DNA from: Actinomycetota bacterium
Lineage (GTDB): Bacteria > Actinomycetota > Acidimicrobiia > Acidimicrobiales > Ilumatobacteraceae
Assembly (NCBI GenBank): GCA_043743395.1
Contig: JAYTWP010000066.1
Span: 1 to 35,783, forward strand
Reading direction: 5' to 3'
DNA: 35,783 nt
Positions 1 through 8,658 of the stretch are shown piece after piece (positions within the stretch are counted from its first letter, which is position 1; the number at the start of each line of letters is the position of its first letter). Position numbers and translations under genes: made by a program. The notes under the pieces are model-generated. The model made no database searches. It worked only from the letters and a program-made list of their open reading frames with translations, and was not told the DNA's origin.

Positions 1-1370
1 GTCTTTCCCGGAGCGATGAGCGGCGACTTCGAGTCCGTCTGGAAAGATGCATCTGCAACAAAGCCATTGCTGGCGTTGATGGCTCGGCCGAGGAACTGCA
101 TATTCAGCAGCCCCTGCTGCATCCGGTCTGCCTGCTGCCTGAAGTTGCTCATGTCACCAAGGATCCCTGTGAGGTTTCCGATGTCTTCAGTGGACATACC
201 GATCCAATCGCTGCCGCAGATCGACAGCAGGCCCTGAGCCACAACTGCGCGCAGCGCATTGACCTCCTGGCGCGAGCCAAGGAGTCCGTGCCCGTAGACA
301 ACGACGGGCGTCGGTGATTTGGGATTCGTCGGAACGAGGCACAGGAATGGTGCTTCGAAGTCCGGTGTTGCGACATTCCTCACCGGAAGCCCGTCGGTAC
401 CGAGTTCGAACGTGGAACCCGGCGCACCGACGCCCGTGAGGTAGTTCGGCACCGCAAGAGTTCCGTCGATCTTGCGGACCCCGCCATCGTCGGCATGCGA
501 CGCCACCGTGAACACGGGCGCCTTCGCACCGACCGAGGCGTAGGCATCGTCGCGTATGTGGCGCAGGCGCCCGGACAAGCTCTCGGCGCTGGCGATGGTG
601 AAATCCCACGCCATGTACAGCCCTGCCTTGTCGACCCCCGCCGCTACTGCCTCGCTCACCACGTTCGCCAAGTGATCGGCGCGACCAGGTGTGGTTGTAT
701 CCGTGAGCGCGCCTGTGAAGGAACTCGGAGCGGTCAGTGCACCGCCCGAGGACGTGAGGTGCTGCAACGCGACCACATAGCGATGCCCTTCCAGCAGAGC
801 CGTTGCCGGATGCACCATAAGCAGTCGTTGGTCATCGTGTACAGCATGGGCGTCGAGTTCGGCCCAGTATGGCCATCGAGTGCCGGTGGTCGCATCAATC
901 AAAACAATCGGTGCGGTCGGGTCGAGCGACTTGCCGATCGCGGTGCTCGCCGCAATGCCTGTTCGATCGAGGTCGATGTCCGGTACATGAACGAGGATCG
1001 CTGAACCGGGTGAAAATCCGTCGGCACGGTTCTGGTCCGTCACGTCGATCACCTTGCCCGAGGCATTCTTGGGCGGTGCGTCGGATGCAAGGGCGAGGCG
1101 ACGACCAGTGGCTGTCGTGCTATCGGCCCTTGTGAACGCATCGTTCGGCCATGGCAGCAGGCAGGCGCTCGGGTCAATCGGATCGCAGGGGAGGGGATCA
1201 GGTGCAGGTGCAGGTGCAGCAATGGATGAATCGGGGCCTGCGCTGGTGAGTGGAGCCGACGATGCGCTCACATCAGGCGCCGTGGTCGCTGCTGCCTTGC
1301 CAGAGTTGCTCGAGCACGCGCCGAGCAGCAGACCGATGGCGACAATGAGTGTGGAACCCGTCCGAGACAT
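1..1370 (-). CDS. Secreted lipoprotein, 3'-truncated by window edge; possibly alpha/beta-hydrolase-like (function uncertain)
   Basis: Minus-strand frame is open from ATG (1370-1368) to the window edge. It is absent from the ORF track because it has no in-window stop. My translation: MSRTGSTLIVAIGLLLGACSSNSGK (lipobox LGAC), APAPAP linker, CLLPWPNDAF, later PVVVYGHGLLGSRQEV, ending ...SKSPLIAPGK at the edge. Confidence 0.7.
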   Translation of the reverse strand, partial: MSRTGSTLIVAIGLLLGACSSNSGKAAATTAPDVSASSAPLTSAGPDSSIAAPAPAPDPLPCDPIDPSACLLPWPNDAFTRADSTTATGRRLALASDAPPKNASGKVIDVTDQNRADGFSPGSAILVHVPDIDLDRTGIAASTAIGKSLDPTAPIVLIDATTGTRWPYWAELDAHAVHDDQRLLMVHPATALLEGHRYVVALQHLTSSGGALTAPSSFTGALTDTTTPGRADHLANVVSEAVAAGVDKAGLYMAWDFTIASAESLSGRLRHIRDDAYASVGAKAPVFTVASHADDGGVRKIDGTLAVPNYLTGVGAPGSTFELGTDGLPVRNVATPDFEAPFLCLVPTNPKSPTPVVVYGHGLLGSRQEVNALRAVVAQGLLSICGSDWIGMSTEDIGNLTGILGDMSNFRQQADRMQQGLLNMQFLGRAINASNGFVADASFQTDSKSPLIAPGK

Positions 1371-1428
1371 GGACTGACTCTGTCATATCTGTGGTGATCT
1401 CATCCGCGTGGACTGCGCAACGATGGGC

Positions 1429-1434
1429 TACCAT
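1429..1434 (+). promoter_or_regulatory. Putative -10 hexamer TACCAT for ruvC (leaderless candidate)
   Basis: TANNNT lies 8 nt upstream of GTG 1443. No Shine-Dalgarno in between. Confidence 0.35.
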
Positions 1435-1450
1435 ACGAACTTGTGTTCGT
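1435..1450. promoter_or_regulatory. LexA SOS box (ACGAAC-N4-GTTCGT)
   Basis: Perfect inverted repeat ACGAACTTGTGTTCGT. It matches the actinobacterial/Gram-positive SOS-box core CGAAC-N4-GTTCG. It abuts the putative -10 and covers the ruvC start codons. Confidence 0.7.
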
Positions 1451-1985
1451 GATGCGCTCGCCGGACGAGCCCCTTGTCGTGCTTGGAATCGACCCCGGCC
1501 TGACCCGTTGTGGGTATGCCGCCGTGCAGGCCAATGGGCCGGGAGCAGCTATTGCGCTCAGCCTCGGCGTGATCAAGACACCGCCACACGATCCCTTGCC
1601 GAAGCGGCTTGCCGAACTACGGGCCGAGTTTGCGGCCCTGATGAACGAGTTCAGACCGCATGTGGTCGCCGTCGAGCAAGTGTTTTTCCAGAACAACGTG
1701 CGTACCGCCATGAGCGTGGGGCAGGCAAGCGGCCTTGCCCTCGCCGAAGCCTGGGCCTGCGGATGTGAGGTCGTGCAATACACACCCAACCAGGTCAAAG
1801 GCGCTGTCGCCGGGTGGGGTGCGGCCGACAAAGCACAGGTCCAAAAAATGGTGCAGGCGCGCCTCGGTTTGGTGGCGATCCCCAAACCGGCCGACGCTGC
1901 CGACGCGGCTGCACTTGCGCTGTGCCACCTCGCGATGGCACCTCTGCGGCGCCGCGTGCAAGAAGCCACCGGAGGCGGGCGATGA
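1443..1985 (+). CDS. ruvC: Crossover junction endodeoxyribonuclease RuvC
   Basis: LGIDPGLTRCGYA catalytic N-terminus; length 180 aa. Position upstream of ruvAB, ATGA overlap with ruvA. Start could be GTG 1443 or ATG 1452. Confidence 0.92.
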   Translation: MFVMRSPDEPLVVLGIDPGLTRCGYAAVQANGPGAAIALSLGVIKTPPHDPLPKRLAELRAEFAALMNEFRPHVVAVEQVFFQNNVRTAMSVGQASGLALAEAWACGCEVVQYTPNQVKGAVAGWGAADKAQVQKMVQARLGLVAIPKPADAADAAALALCHLAMAPLRRRVQEATGGGR

Positions 1986-2578
1986 TCGGATCACTGCGCG
2001 GTGCGGTACTCGAGCGCGGCGCAGATACCGAGGTGTTGCTCGAAGTCGGCGGGGTTGGCTACCTCGTCACAGTTGCCCCGCGGACACTTGCTGAACTCGA
2101 GCCTGGCGCGAACGTGTTCTTGCATGTGCACCACCACATTCGTGAAGACACGCAGACGTTGTACGGATTCTTGCGTCGCGAAGAACGCGCCACCTTTCAA
2201 GTCCTGATCGCGACGCATGGGGTTGGACCTGCGCTTGCGATGGCGATTCTCGGCACACACTCGCCGTCGGCGCTCGTCGACATCGTCACCAGCGCCGACA
2301 ACGCGTCGCTGTGCATGGTGCCAGGCGTCGGCAAGAAGACCGCCGAGCGACTTCTGATCGAACTGAAGAACCGCCTCAATCTGCCGATGCTCGATCCAGT
2401 GGGTGCGGGCGTCTCGGCCGGTGCCGGTTCCGTGCTCGGCGATGTCCGCGAAGCGCTGTACGGCCTCGGGTACGCCCCGGAGGAAGTTCGCGACGCTTTA
2501 CGCGAGATCGCTACGGGCGACGACCCTTCGGTGTTGCTGCGTGAGGCACTGCAGTTGTTGGGGGCTCGTCGTGCGTGA
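1982..2578 (+). CDS. ruvA: Holliday junction DNA helicase subunit RuvA
   Basis: [13 protein letters not shown]... N-terminus and HhH region [17 protein letters not shown] lies 6 nt upstream of ATG 1982. The track ORF from 1814 is a spurious upstream extension overlapping ruvC. Confidence 0.92.
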   Translation: MIGSLRGAVLERGADTEVLLEVGGVGYLVTVAPRTLAELEPGANVFLHVHHHIREDTQTLYGFLRREERATFQVLIATHGVGPALAMAILGTHSPSALVDIVTSADNASLCMVPGVGKKTAERLLIELKNRLNLPMLDPVGAGVSAGAGSVLGDVREALYGLGYAPEEVRDALREIATGDDPSVLLREALQLLGARRA

Positions 2579-3602
2579 GGAGTTCTTGGATCCAGGGGTG
2601 AACAACGAAGTCGAGGAGACCGACGAGATCGGCCTGCGCCCGCGCAGACTTTCTGACTTCGTTGGCCAACGTGAACTCAAAGAGCACCTTGCCATCGTCA
2701 TCGAGGCTGCCCGCCGGCGCAGCCAGCCCATCGATCACCTGTTGTTGGCGGGTCCCCCTGGCCTTGGAAAGACGACGATGGCGGGCATTGTCGCCGCAGA
2801 GATGGGCGTCCATCTGCACATCACGTCGGGTCCGACGCTCGAGCGGGCAGGCGATCTTGCCGCGATACTCACCAAACTTGGTGAGGGCGACGTGTTGTTC
2901 ATCGACGAGATCCACCGCCTGTCTCGCGCCGTCGAGGAAATCCTGTATCCCGCGCTGGAGGATTTTCAGCTCGATATTGTCGTGGGCAAGGGTCCTGCAG
3001 CATCTTCAATCCGACTCCCGCTGCCACCGTTCACGCTGGTGGGCGCCACCACGCGCACGGGCATGATCACTGGCCCTCTGCGCGACCGGTTTGGGCTCGT
3101 GGCCCGGCTCGACTTTTATCACGAGGACGAACTCGAGTCGATCGTGCGCCGCACAGCGAGCATCCTCGATGTCAGCATCACCGACCAAGGTGCCTGGGAG
3201 ATTGCTCGCCGTAGCCGCGGTACGCCACGCATCGCCAACCGGCTGCTGCGCAGAGTCCGCGACTTTGCCGAAGTCCGCAGTGACGGTTCGATCAACGAAG
3301 ACACGGCTCGGGCCGGGCTTGCTGTTTTCGGCGTTGACCAACGCGGGCTCGACAAAGTGGACCGGGCGATTCTCACCGCCATCTGTGTGCAGTTCAGCGG
3401 TGGTCCTGTTGGTCTGTCAACAGTTGCGATCAGCGTTGGCGAACAAACCGAGACGGTCGAAGACGTGTACGAGCCGTTTCTGATCCAGCAGGGTCTACTT
3501 GCTCGTACGCCGCGGGGCCGTATCGCGATGCCCGCCGCATGGCATCACCTCGGGCTCGAACCACCGACTACGGGCGATCCTCGGTCGAACCTGTTCAGCT
3601 AA
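2571..3602 (+). CDS. ruvB: Holliday junction ATP-dependent DNA helicase RuvB
   Basis: [12 protein letters not shown], Walker [35 protein letters not shown] 2571 overlaps the ruvA stop by 8 nt. Confidence 0.93.
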   Translation: MREEFLDPGVNNEVEETDEIGLRPRRLSDFVGQRELKEHLAIVIEAARRRSQPIDHLLLAGPPGLGKTTMAGIVAAEMGVHLHITSGPTLERAGDLAAILTKLGEGDVLFIDEIHRLSRAVEEILYPALEDFQLDIVVGKGPAASSIRLPLPPFTLVGATTRTGMITGPLRDRFGLVARLDFYHEDELESIVRRTASILDVSITDQGAWEIARRSRGTPRIANRLLRRVRDFAEVRSDGSINEDTARAGLAVFGVDQRGLDKVDRAILTAICVQFSGGPVGLSTVAISVGEQTETVEDVYEPFLIQQGLLARTPRGRIAMPAAWHHLGLEPPTTGDPRSNLFS

Positions 3603-3612
3603 GCGAACTGGT

Positions 3613-4320
3613 TCAACTCGCCGGGAGATACAGGCCAAGGAACGCCATCGTCTTGGCCCAAGCCGCCTTGGCCGCGTTCTCGTTGTAGAACATTTCCGAT
3701 TCGTGGTTGTCGAAGGCATGGCCCGCATTCTCGACGTTGAGCACAAAGCCTTCGCGACCAGCAATTGCCGCACCAATGGCGTCGACACCTTCGTTGGGGA
3801 TGAATGCATCGGCATTCCCGAAATGAAACATCGTGGGGCACGACACTTGGTCCAGCATGCCCAACATCGAGGGCACACCAGATCCGTAATAGCTGATGCA
3901 GCAGCTCGGCGAAGCTGCCGCCGCCACAGCAAATGCCAATGTGCCGCCGAGGCAATACCCCAAGACGGCGGGTGGACGTGCTCCACTGGCGAGATGGTCG
4001 AGGTGACCGAGCGCCGCAACGCAATCGCCGATCGCTGTTGGAAAGTCGAGTTGCTGCACCTTCTCCATCGAGGCGCCAAGGCCCGCCTCGGAGTGATCTG
4101 ACTCCCAGTTCGGTGCGAATCGCCAGAACACGTCGGGAGCGCCCACCACGTAGCCTGCGTCGGCGAGTCGTTCACCAACTGCACGGATATACGGCCCGAC
4201 GCCGAAGATCTCTTGGATGAGCAACACTGCCGCAGTTCCACCAGCGTCGGGGGTCCATACGTGCATGTCCATGCTGCCGGCTTCACCGCAGGCAACCTTG
4301 TCGGTTCGAAGTGTCGTCAT
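3613..4320 (-). CDS. Dienelactone hydrolase family protein (carboxymethylenebutenolidase-like)
   Basis: QEIFGV, nucleophile elbow GYCLGG, C-terminal GHAF histidine; 235 aa. Confidence 0.8.
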   Translation of the reverse strand: MTTLRTDKVACGEAGSMDMHVWTPDAGGTAAVLLIQEIFGVGPYIRAVGERLADAGYVVGAPDVFWRFAPNWESDHSEAGLGASMEKVQQLDFPTAIGDCVAALGHLDHLASGARPPAVLGYCLGGTLAFAVAAAASPSCCISYYGSGVPSMLGMLDQVSCPTMFHFGNADAFIPNEGVDAIGAAIAGREGFVLNVENAGHAFDNHESEMFYNENAAKAAWAKTMAFLGLYLPAS

Positions 4321-4374
4321 CGCTTCATCGTGTCACATGAGTGACCGTCCGTATCGAGGTCAGCCCTGTGCCCG

Positions 4375-4380
4375 TAGCCT
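4375..4380 (+). promoter_or_regulatory. Putative -10 hexamer TAGCCT for queA (leaderless candidate)
   Basis: TANNNT lies 8 nt upstream of GTG 4389. No SD. Confidence 0.35.
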
Positions 4381-4388
4381 GAACCCTC

Positions 4389-5408
4389 GTGCGCCTCGCC
4401 GACTTTGATTACGAACTCCCACAGCAGCGAATCGCGCAAACGCCCGCCGAGCCTCGTGACTCGGCACGTCTGCTGGTCGATCGCGGATCTGCGTCACCGC
4501 TGCACGCTCATGTATCGGATCTCGCCGAGTTCCTGCGGCCCGGCGACCTGATAGTGGTCAACGACTCCAAAGTCATCCCTGCGCGCCTTCGCTTGCAGAG
4601 AGACAGCGGTGGCGCCGCCGAGGTCCTCCTGCTCGAGCCGGTGGCGAGCGCCGAGGGAGATCGTCGCGTGTGGGAAGCATTGGTGCGTCCAGGCAAGAAG
4701 CTGCGTGTGGGGGAGCGGCTCATCACCGCCGACGGTACGCCGTTGGTCGAGATCGGCTCACGGACGGCTTTGGGCGACACCTTCTACGTCACGATCATCG
4801 GCGAGGGCGACGTGCTTGAACTTCTCAATGAGCATGGCGACATGCCATTGCCGCCCTACATCACCACACCGTTGGCCAAGCAGGATCGCTATCAGACCGT
4901 TTACGCCAGCGAGCCGGGTTCCGCCGCCGCTCCAACGGCGGGCCTGCACTTCACGACCTCGCTGCTTTCGTCGATGCAGTCGATCGGAGTCGAAGTGGCT
5001 CGTGTCGAGCTTGTCGTTGGCCTCGACACGTTCCAGCCGATGAGCGTCGAGGACCCACGTGACCATCCAATTCACAGCGAGCGCTACCGCGTCAGCGCTG
5101 ACGTGCTCGAGCACTGCCGGCAGGCAACCCGCGTCGTCGCGATCGGTACGACAGCGACCCGTGCGCTTGAATCAGCGGCAACGTTTGGAGAGTTGGAGGG
5201 CCGAACCCGGCTGTTCATCCATCGCGGCTACGACTGGAAACTCGTTGATCTGATGCTCACCAACTTTCACTTGCCCAAGACCACTCTGTTACTGATGATT
5301 GACGCGTTCATCGGTGAACGATGGCGCCGGCTCTATTCGGAAGCACTCGACCACGACTACCGCTTCTTGTCGTTCGGCGACGCGATGTTGCTCGACAGGA
5401 GTTTGTGA
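4389..5408 (+). CDS. queA: S-adenosylmethionine:tRNA ribosyltransferase-isomerase
   Basis: DFDYELPQQRIAQTP N-terminus, PLPPYI, TNFHLPKTTLL, FLSFGDAML; 339 aa. Confidence 0.93.
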   Translation: MRLADFDYELPQQRIAQTPAEPRDSARLLVDRGSASPLHAHVSDLAEFLRPGDLIVVNDSKVIPARLRLQRDSGGAAEVLLLEPVASAEGDRRVWEALVRPGKKLRVGERLITADGTPLVEIGSRTALGDTFYVTIIGEGDVLELLNEHGDMPLPPYITTPLAKQDRYQTVYASEPGSAAAPTAGLHFTTSLLSSMQSIGVEVARVELVVGLDTFQPMSVEDPRDHPIHSERYRVSADVLEHCRQATRVVAIGTTATRALESAATFGELEGRTRLFIHRGYDWKLVDLMLTNFHLPKTTLLLMIDAFIGERWRRLYSEALDHDYRFLSFGDAMLLDRSL

Positions 5409-6505
5409 TGCACCCGGTTCGTTTCGAACTACTGGCCCAGGACGGCTCGGCGCGGTCCGGGATCGGTCACACTGCTCGCGGTCAGTACCGGACACCGTGC
5501 TTCATGCCTGTAGGTACTCGAGGCGCCATCAAGTACCTGTCTGCCGCCGACTATGAGCGACTCGGCGCCGAGATCGTGTTGGGCAACACGTATCACCTGA
5601 TGCTCCGTCCCGGTGCCGAACACGTCGCTGCGCTCGGCGGGCTCGGCAAGTTCGCCGGATGGAACGGACTCACGCTCACGGATTCAGGGGGCTTTCAGAT
5701 TTTCTCGCTCGAGCCCAAGGTTGATGACGACGGCGCAACCTTTCGCAGCACATACGACGGATCATCCCATCGATTTACCCCAGAGACCGCAGTGGCGACA
5801 CAGGAACTACTCGGCGCCGACATCCAGATGGTGCTCGACGTCTGCGCGCCATTGCCTTCGCCGCCAGACGTGATCAGGCTGGCGCTCGATCGCACCAGCG
5901 CCTGGGCCACACGTGCCCGGCGAGCGCATCAACGCGCGGACCAATCGCTCTTCGGCATCGTGCAAGGCGGGCTTGACCTCGTGTTGCGTGTTGAATCGGC
6001 GCAACGGACGACCGAGTTGGATTTCGACGGCTACGGCATCGGGGGATTGAGCGTGGGGGAGACGCGTGCGGAGATGCTGCCCGCCCTCGCCGCTGCCATC
6101 GAGCACCTGCCTGTCGATCGACCGCGATATCTCATGGGCGTTGGGGATCCCGCATCGATTGTCGAAGCTGTTGGATTCGGTGTCGATCAGTTCGACTGCG
6201 TCATGCAGACACGGCTCGGTCGCCACGGCACAGCGCTCACACAGACCGGCAAGCTGCACGTGAAGAACGCACGGCACGCATTGTCACAGGACCCCATTGA
6301 TGCTGACTGTGCGTGCGAGGTGTGCGCCCGCCATTCATTGGGCTACATCCGTCACCTCTTCCAGGTTGGCGAACCAACAGGCCCCCGGCTCGTGAGCATC
6401 CACAACGTCTCATGGACGCTGCAACTGATGAACAGCATGCGAGCCGCCATCGCGGCCGGCACCTTCGCACGTCTGCAGCAAGAAATCCTGGCTGTGTGGG
6501 GATGA
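5408..6505 (+). CDS. tgt: Queuine tRNA-ribosyltransferase (tRNA-guanine transglycosylase)
   Basis: TPCFMPVGT, LTDSGGFQ, GGLSVGE, zinc motif CACEVC...H. AGGAG lies 6 nt upstream of ATG 5408, which overlaps the queA stop by 1 nt. Confidence 0.93.
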   Translation: MHPVRFELLAQDGSARSGIGHTARGQYRTPCFMPVGTRGAIKYLSAADYERLGAEIVLGNTYHLMLRPGAEHVAALGGLGKFAGWNGLTLTDSGGFQIFSLEPKVDDDGATFRSTYDGSSHRFTPETAVATQELLGADIQMVLDVCAPLPSPPDVIRLALDRTSAWATRARRAHQRADQSLFGIVQGGLDLVLRVESAQRTTELDFDGYGIGGLSVGETRAEMLPALAAAIEHLPVDRPRYLMGVGDPASIVEAVGFGVDQFDCVMQTRLGRHGTALTQTGKLHVKNARHALSQDPIDADCACEVCARHSLGYIRHLFQVGEPTGPRLVSIHNVSWTLQLMNSMRAAIAAGTFARLQQEILAVWG

Positions 6506-6613
6506 GACGCCCCAAAGGGCCAGCAATTGTGAGGGCTGGAATGCACCCGAATTGTGTCATGGCCTGACTAGGCTGTCTCGCTGGCCCGGCCCCCTGCCGG
6601 AGCATGAATCATT

Positions 6614-7003
6614 TTGGACGTCGTGATGCCTCATCCCCTTATTCTTGAAGCGACCAATTCTGGCGGAAGTGCAGTGAGCCTGCTCATTCTGCCGCTGATG
6701 ATGGTCGGCATGTACTTCCTGCTCATCCGCCCGCAGCGACGCCGGATGAAGGAGCAGAACTCGATGCAGTCGAGCCTCGGGGAGGGCGACGAGATCATCA
6801 CGACGTCGGGGATGTATGGCTTCATCACAGGCTTCGACGGCGACATCGTCTGGCTCGAGATCGACGACACCATCCAGATTCGCGTCGCCCGTGCGGCGAT
6901 CCAGCGCAAGGTCGACACGTCAGGCAGCGCACCTTCCGAGGCCGCGAAGGCACGTTCAGCCAGCAATGACAACGATGCCGACGACGACAAGTCCGAGAAG
7001 TAA
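6614..7003 (+). CDS. yajC: Preprotein translocase subunit YajC
   Basis: TM helix followed by LLIRPQRRRMKEQ and GDEIITTSGMYG. GGAG at 6599-6602. Start ambiguous: TTG 6614, GTG 6623 or ATG 6626. A possible -10, TAGGCT at 6569-6574, would give a leadered mRNA. Confidence 0.85.
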   Translation: MDVVMPHPLILEATNSGGSAVSLLILPLMMVGMYFLLIRPQRRRMKEQNSMQSSLGEGDEIITTSGMYGFITGFDGDIVWLEIDDTIQIRVARAAIQRKVDTSGSAPSEAAKARSASNDNDADDDKSEK

Positions 7004-8658
7004 TGCGTCGTAAACTCGTCTATTCGCTGCTCGCGGTCGTGATTCTGGGCATCGGGCTGCTCACGATCACCCTCGCCGCGGGCTACAAGCCGGCGCTCGG
7101 TTTGGACCTGCGCGGCGGCATCTCGGTAACGCTTCGACCCGTGACCGGTCAGCAGTACGACAAGTCGAGCCTCGATCTCGCCGTCGAGCGGATCCGCGAG
7201 CGAGTCGACAGCTTCGGCGTGGGTGAGCCCGAGATTCTCCGCCAGGACAACGCCATCGTCGTCAACTTGCCAGGCGTCAACGACCAGCAGCAGGCCCTCG
7301 ACCTCGTCAATGTCACCGGCAAGGTCTACCTTCGTCCGGTGCTGGCGTGCGCCTCACCGACGCCATCCACCCCGGTGACATCTATCGTCAGTACGGCGAC
7401 AACCACCGTCGGCTCTTCCACGGTGATCACGCTTACACCGCCCACCACCGGTGCTGCGGTTTCACCGGGGAGCACCGTCACCACGGGCTCGCCAGGCCCA
7501 TCACGACGAGTCAACACTGTGCCTCCAACCACCGATCCCTCGGCCACGACAACGGTTGCGGCACCCACTTCAGGGTCGTCGGCAGGCACGTCCACCACCA
7601 ACGCATCAGCCACCTCAGTGCCCGCGGGTTCAGGCGGTGCGACCACCACGACGGGCCTTCCGTTCTCGGACCCCACACAAACCCAGATCTTGCCCACCCG
7701 CGATGGCGGACGGTGCCAGGTTGGGCCATCTGGCGGAACGGGTGAAGTCTTCGTTCGCGACTCAGCGCTGCCGCGCATCATCGGCGGCGGATGGGGCGTC
7801 ACGGTCGACCTGAAGACCGGCGGCTCGGGTGAAGGCGTCTGGAACGCCCTCGCCAAAGAGTGCTTCAACGGCACCGCCACGTGTCCTTCGAAGCAGTTGG
7901 CGATCGAACTCGACGGACAAATACAGTCCGCTCCCACGGTGCAGGCTGAGCAATTCACCGGCAGCGTGCAGATCACCGGAAGGTTCACGAAGGCCGAAGC
8001 AACCAAGCTGGCCCAGGTCATGAACTCGGGTGCCCTTCCCATCACACTCCAGGCCGAGGCCGTGCAGACCGTTTCGGCCACGCTTGGCAAGGACTCGCTG
8101 AGGGCAGCGCTCATCGCTGGTGCCATTGGCATTGCCTTGGTGCTGCTCTTCATGTTTGCGTACTACCGTCGGCTCGCTCTTGTCGTCGTCGTCGGACTGT
8201 GCATCTCCGGTGCGCTCATCTACAGCATCACGTCGTTCATTTCCCGGTTCTACAACGGTGTGTTGTCACTCGCCGGTGTTGCCGGTCTGATCGTGTCGAT
8301 CGGCGTGACGATCGACTCATATGTCGTGTTCTTCGAGCGGCTCAAAGACGAAATCCGAGCCGGACGATCCTTGCGAAACTCTGCTCAGCGTGGGTTCAAG
8401 GCCGCATTCCACACCATCTTGGTGGCCGACTCCGTGTCACTCATCGGCGCCGCTGTGCTGTGGTACCTGTCCGTTGGAGCCGTACGAGGATTCGCCTTCT
8501 ATCTCGGCCTCTCCACGATGGTCGATGTGTTCGTCGCCTACTTCTTCACTCGCCCAGCAGTACTGCTCCTCGCACGCACTAAATACATGAGCGGCAAGAC
8601 GATCATGGGCATGGAAACTTCTATCGACGGTACCCAGGCCTTAGGAGCAACGTCGTGA
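7003..8658 (+). CDS. secD: Protein translocase subunit SecD, with a Thr/Pro/Ser-rich periplasmic insertion
   Basis: GLDLRGG N-terminal motif and a C-terminal six-TM SecD/F domain. TAATG overlap with yajC. Confidence 0.92.
   Translation: MRRKLVYSLLAVVILGIGLLTITLAAGYKPALGLDLRGGISVTLRPVTGQQYDKSSLDLAVERIRERVDSFGVGEPEILRQDNAIVVNLPGVNDQQQALDLVNVTGKVYLRPVLACASPTPSTPVTSIVSTATTTVGSSTVITLTPPTTGAAVSPGSTVTTGSPGPSRRVNTVPPTTDPSATTTVAAPTSGSSAGTSTTNASATSVPAGSGGATTTTGLPFSDPTQTQILPTRDGGRCQVGPSGGTGEVFVRDSALPRIIGGGWGVTVDLKTGGSGEGVWNALAKECFNGTATCPSKQLAIELDGQIQSAPTVQAEQFTGSVQITGRFTKAEATKLAQVMNSGALPITLQAEAVQTVSATLGKDSLRAALIAGAIGIALVLLFMFAYYRRLALVVVVGLCISGALIYSITSFISRFYNGVLSLAGVAGLIVSIGVTIDSYVVFFERLKDEIRAGRSLRNSAQRGFKAAFHTILVADSVSLIGAAVLWYLSVGAVRGFAFYLGLSTMVDVFVAYFFTRPAVLLLARTKYMSGKTIMGMETSIDGTQALGATS

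Noticed and set aside
1201-1218. Perfect tandem hexamer (GGTGCA)x3.
   Set aside because: It lies inside the lipoprotein gene and simply encodes an Ala-Pro (APAPAP) linker after the lipobox. It is too short for a VNTR or CRISPR-like element.
3604-3615. GAAC-TG-GTTC element between the convergent ruvB and hydrolase genes, considered as a second SOS box or a terminator.
   Set aside because: The spacer is 2 nt instead of 4, so it does not fit the LexA motif. The loop is too small for a stable hairpin, and it sits between two stop codons.
4332-4345. Inverted repeat GTCAC-ATGA-GTGAC in the hydrolase/queA divergent spacer, and GGTTCG-TTT-CGAACT at the start of tgt (5417-5431).
   Set aside because: The arms are only 5-6 bp with no further support. 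Matches of this size are expected by chance and cannot be distinguished from noise without conservation data.
6506-6613. Largest co-directional intergenic gap (tgt-yajC), examined for a tRNA, a riboswitch (for example preQ1, given queA/tgt) or a terminator.
   Set aside because: There is no tRNA-like T-arm or anticodon architecture, no recognisable preQ1 core, and only weak 5-bp hairpins without a U-tract. It is best explained as a yajC promoter plus a short leader with GGAG.
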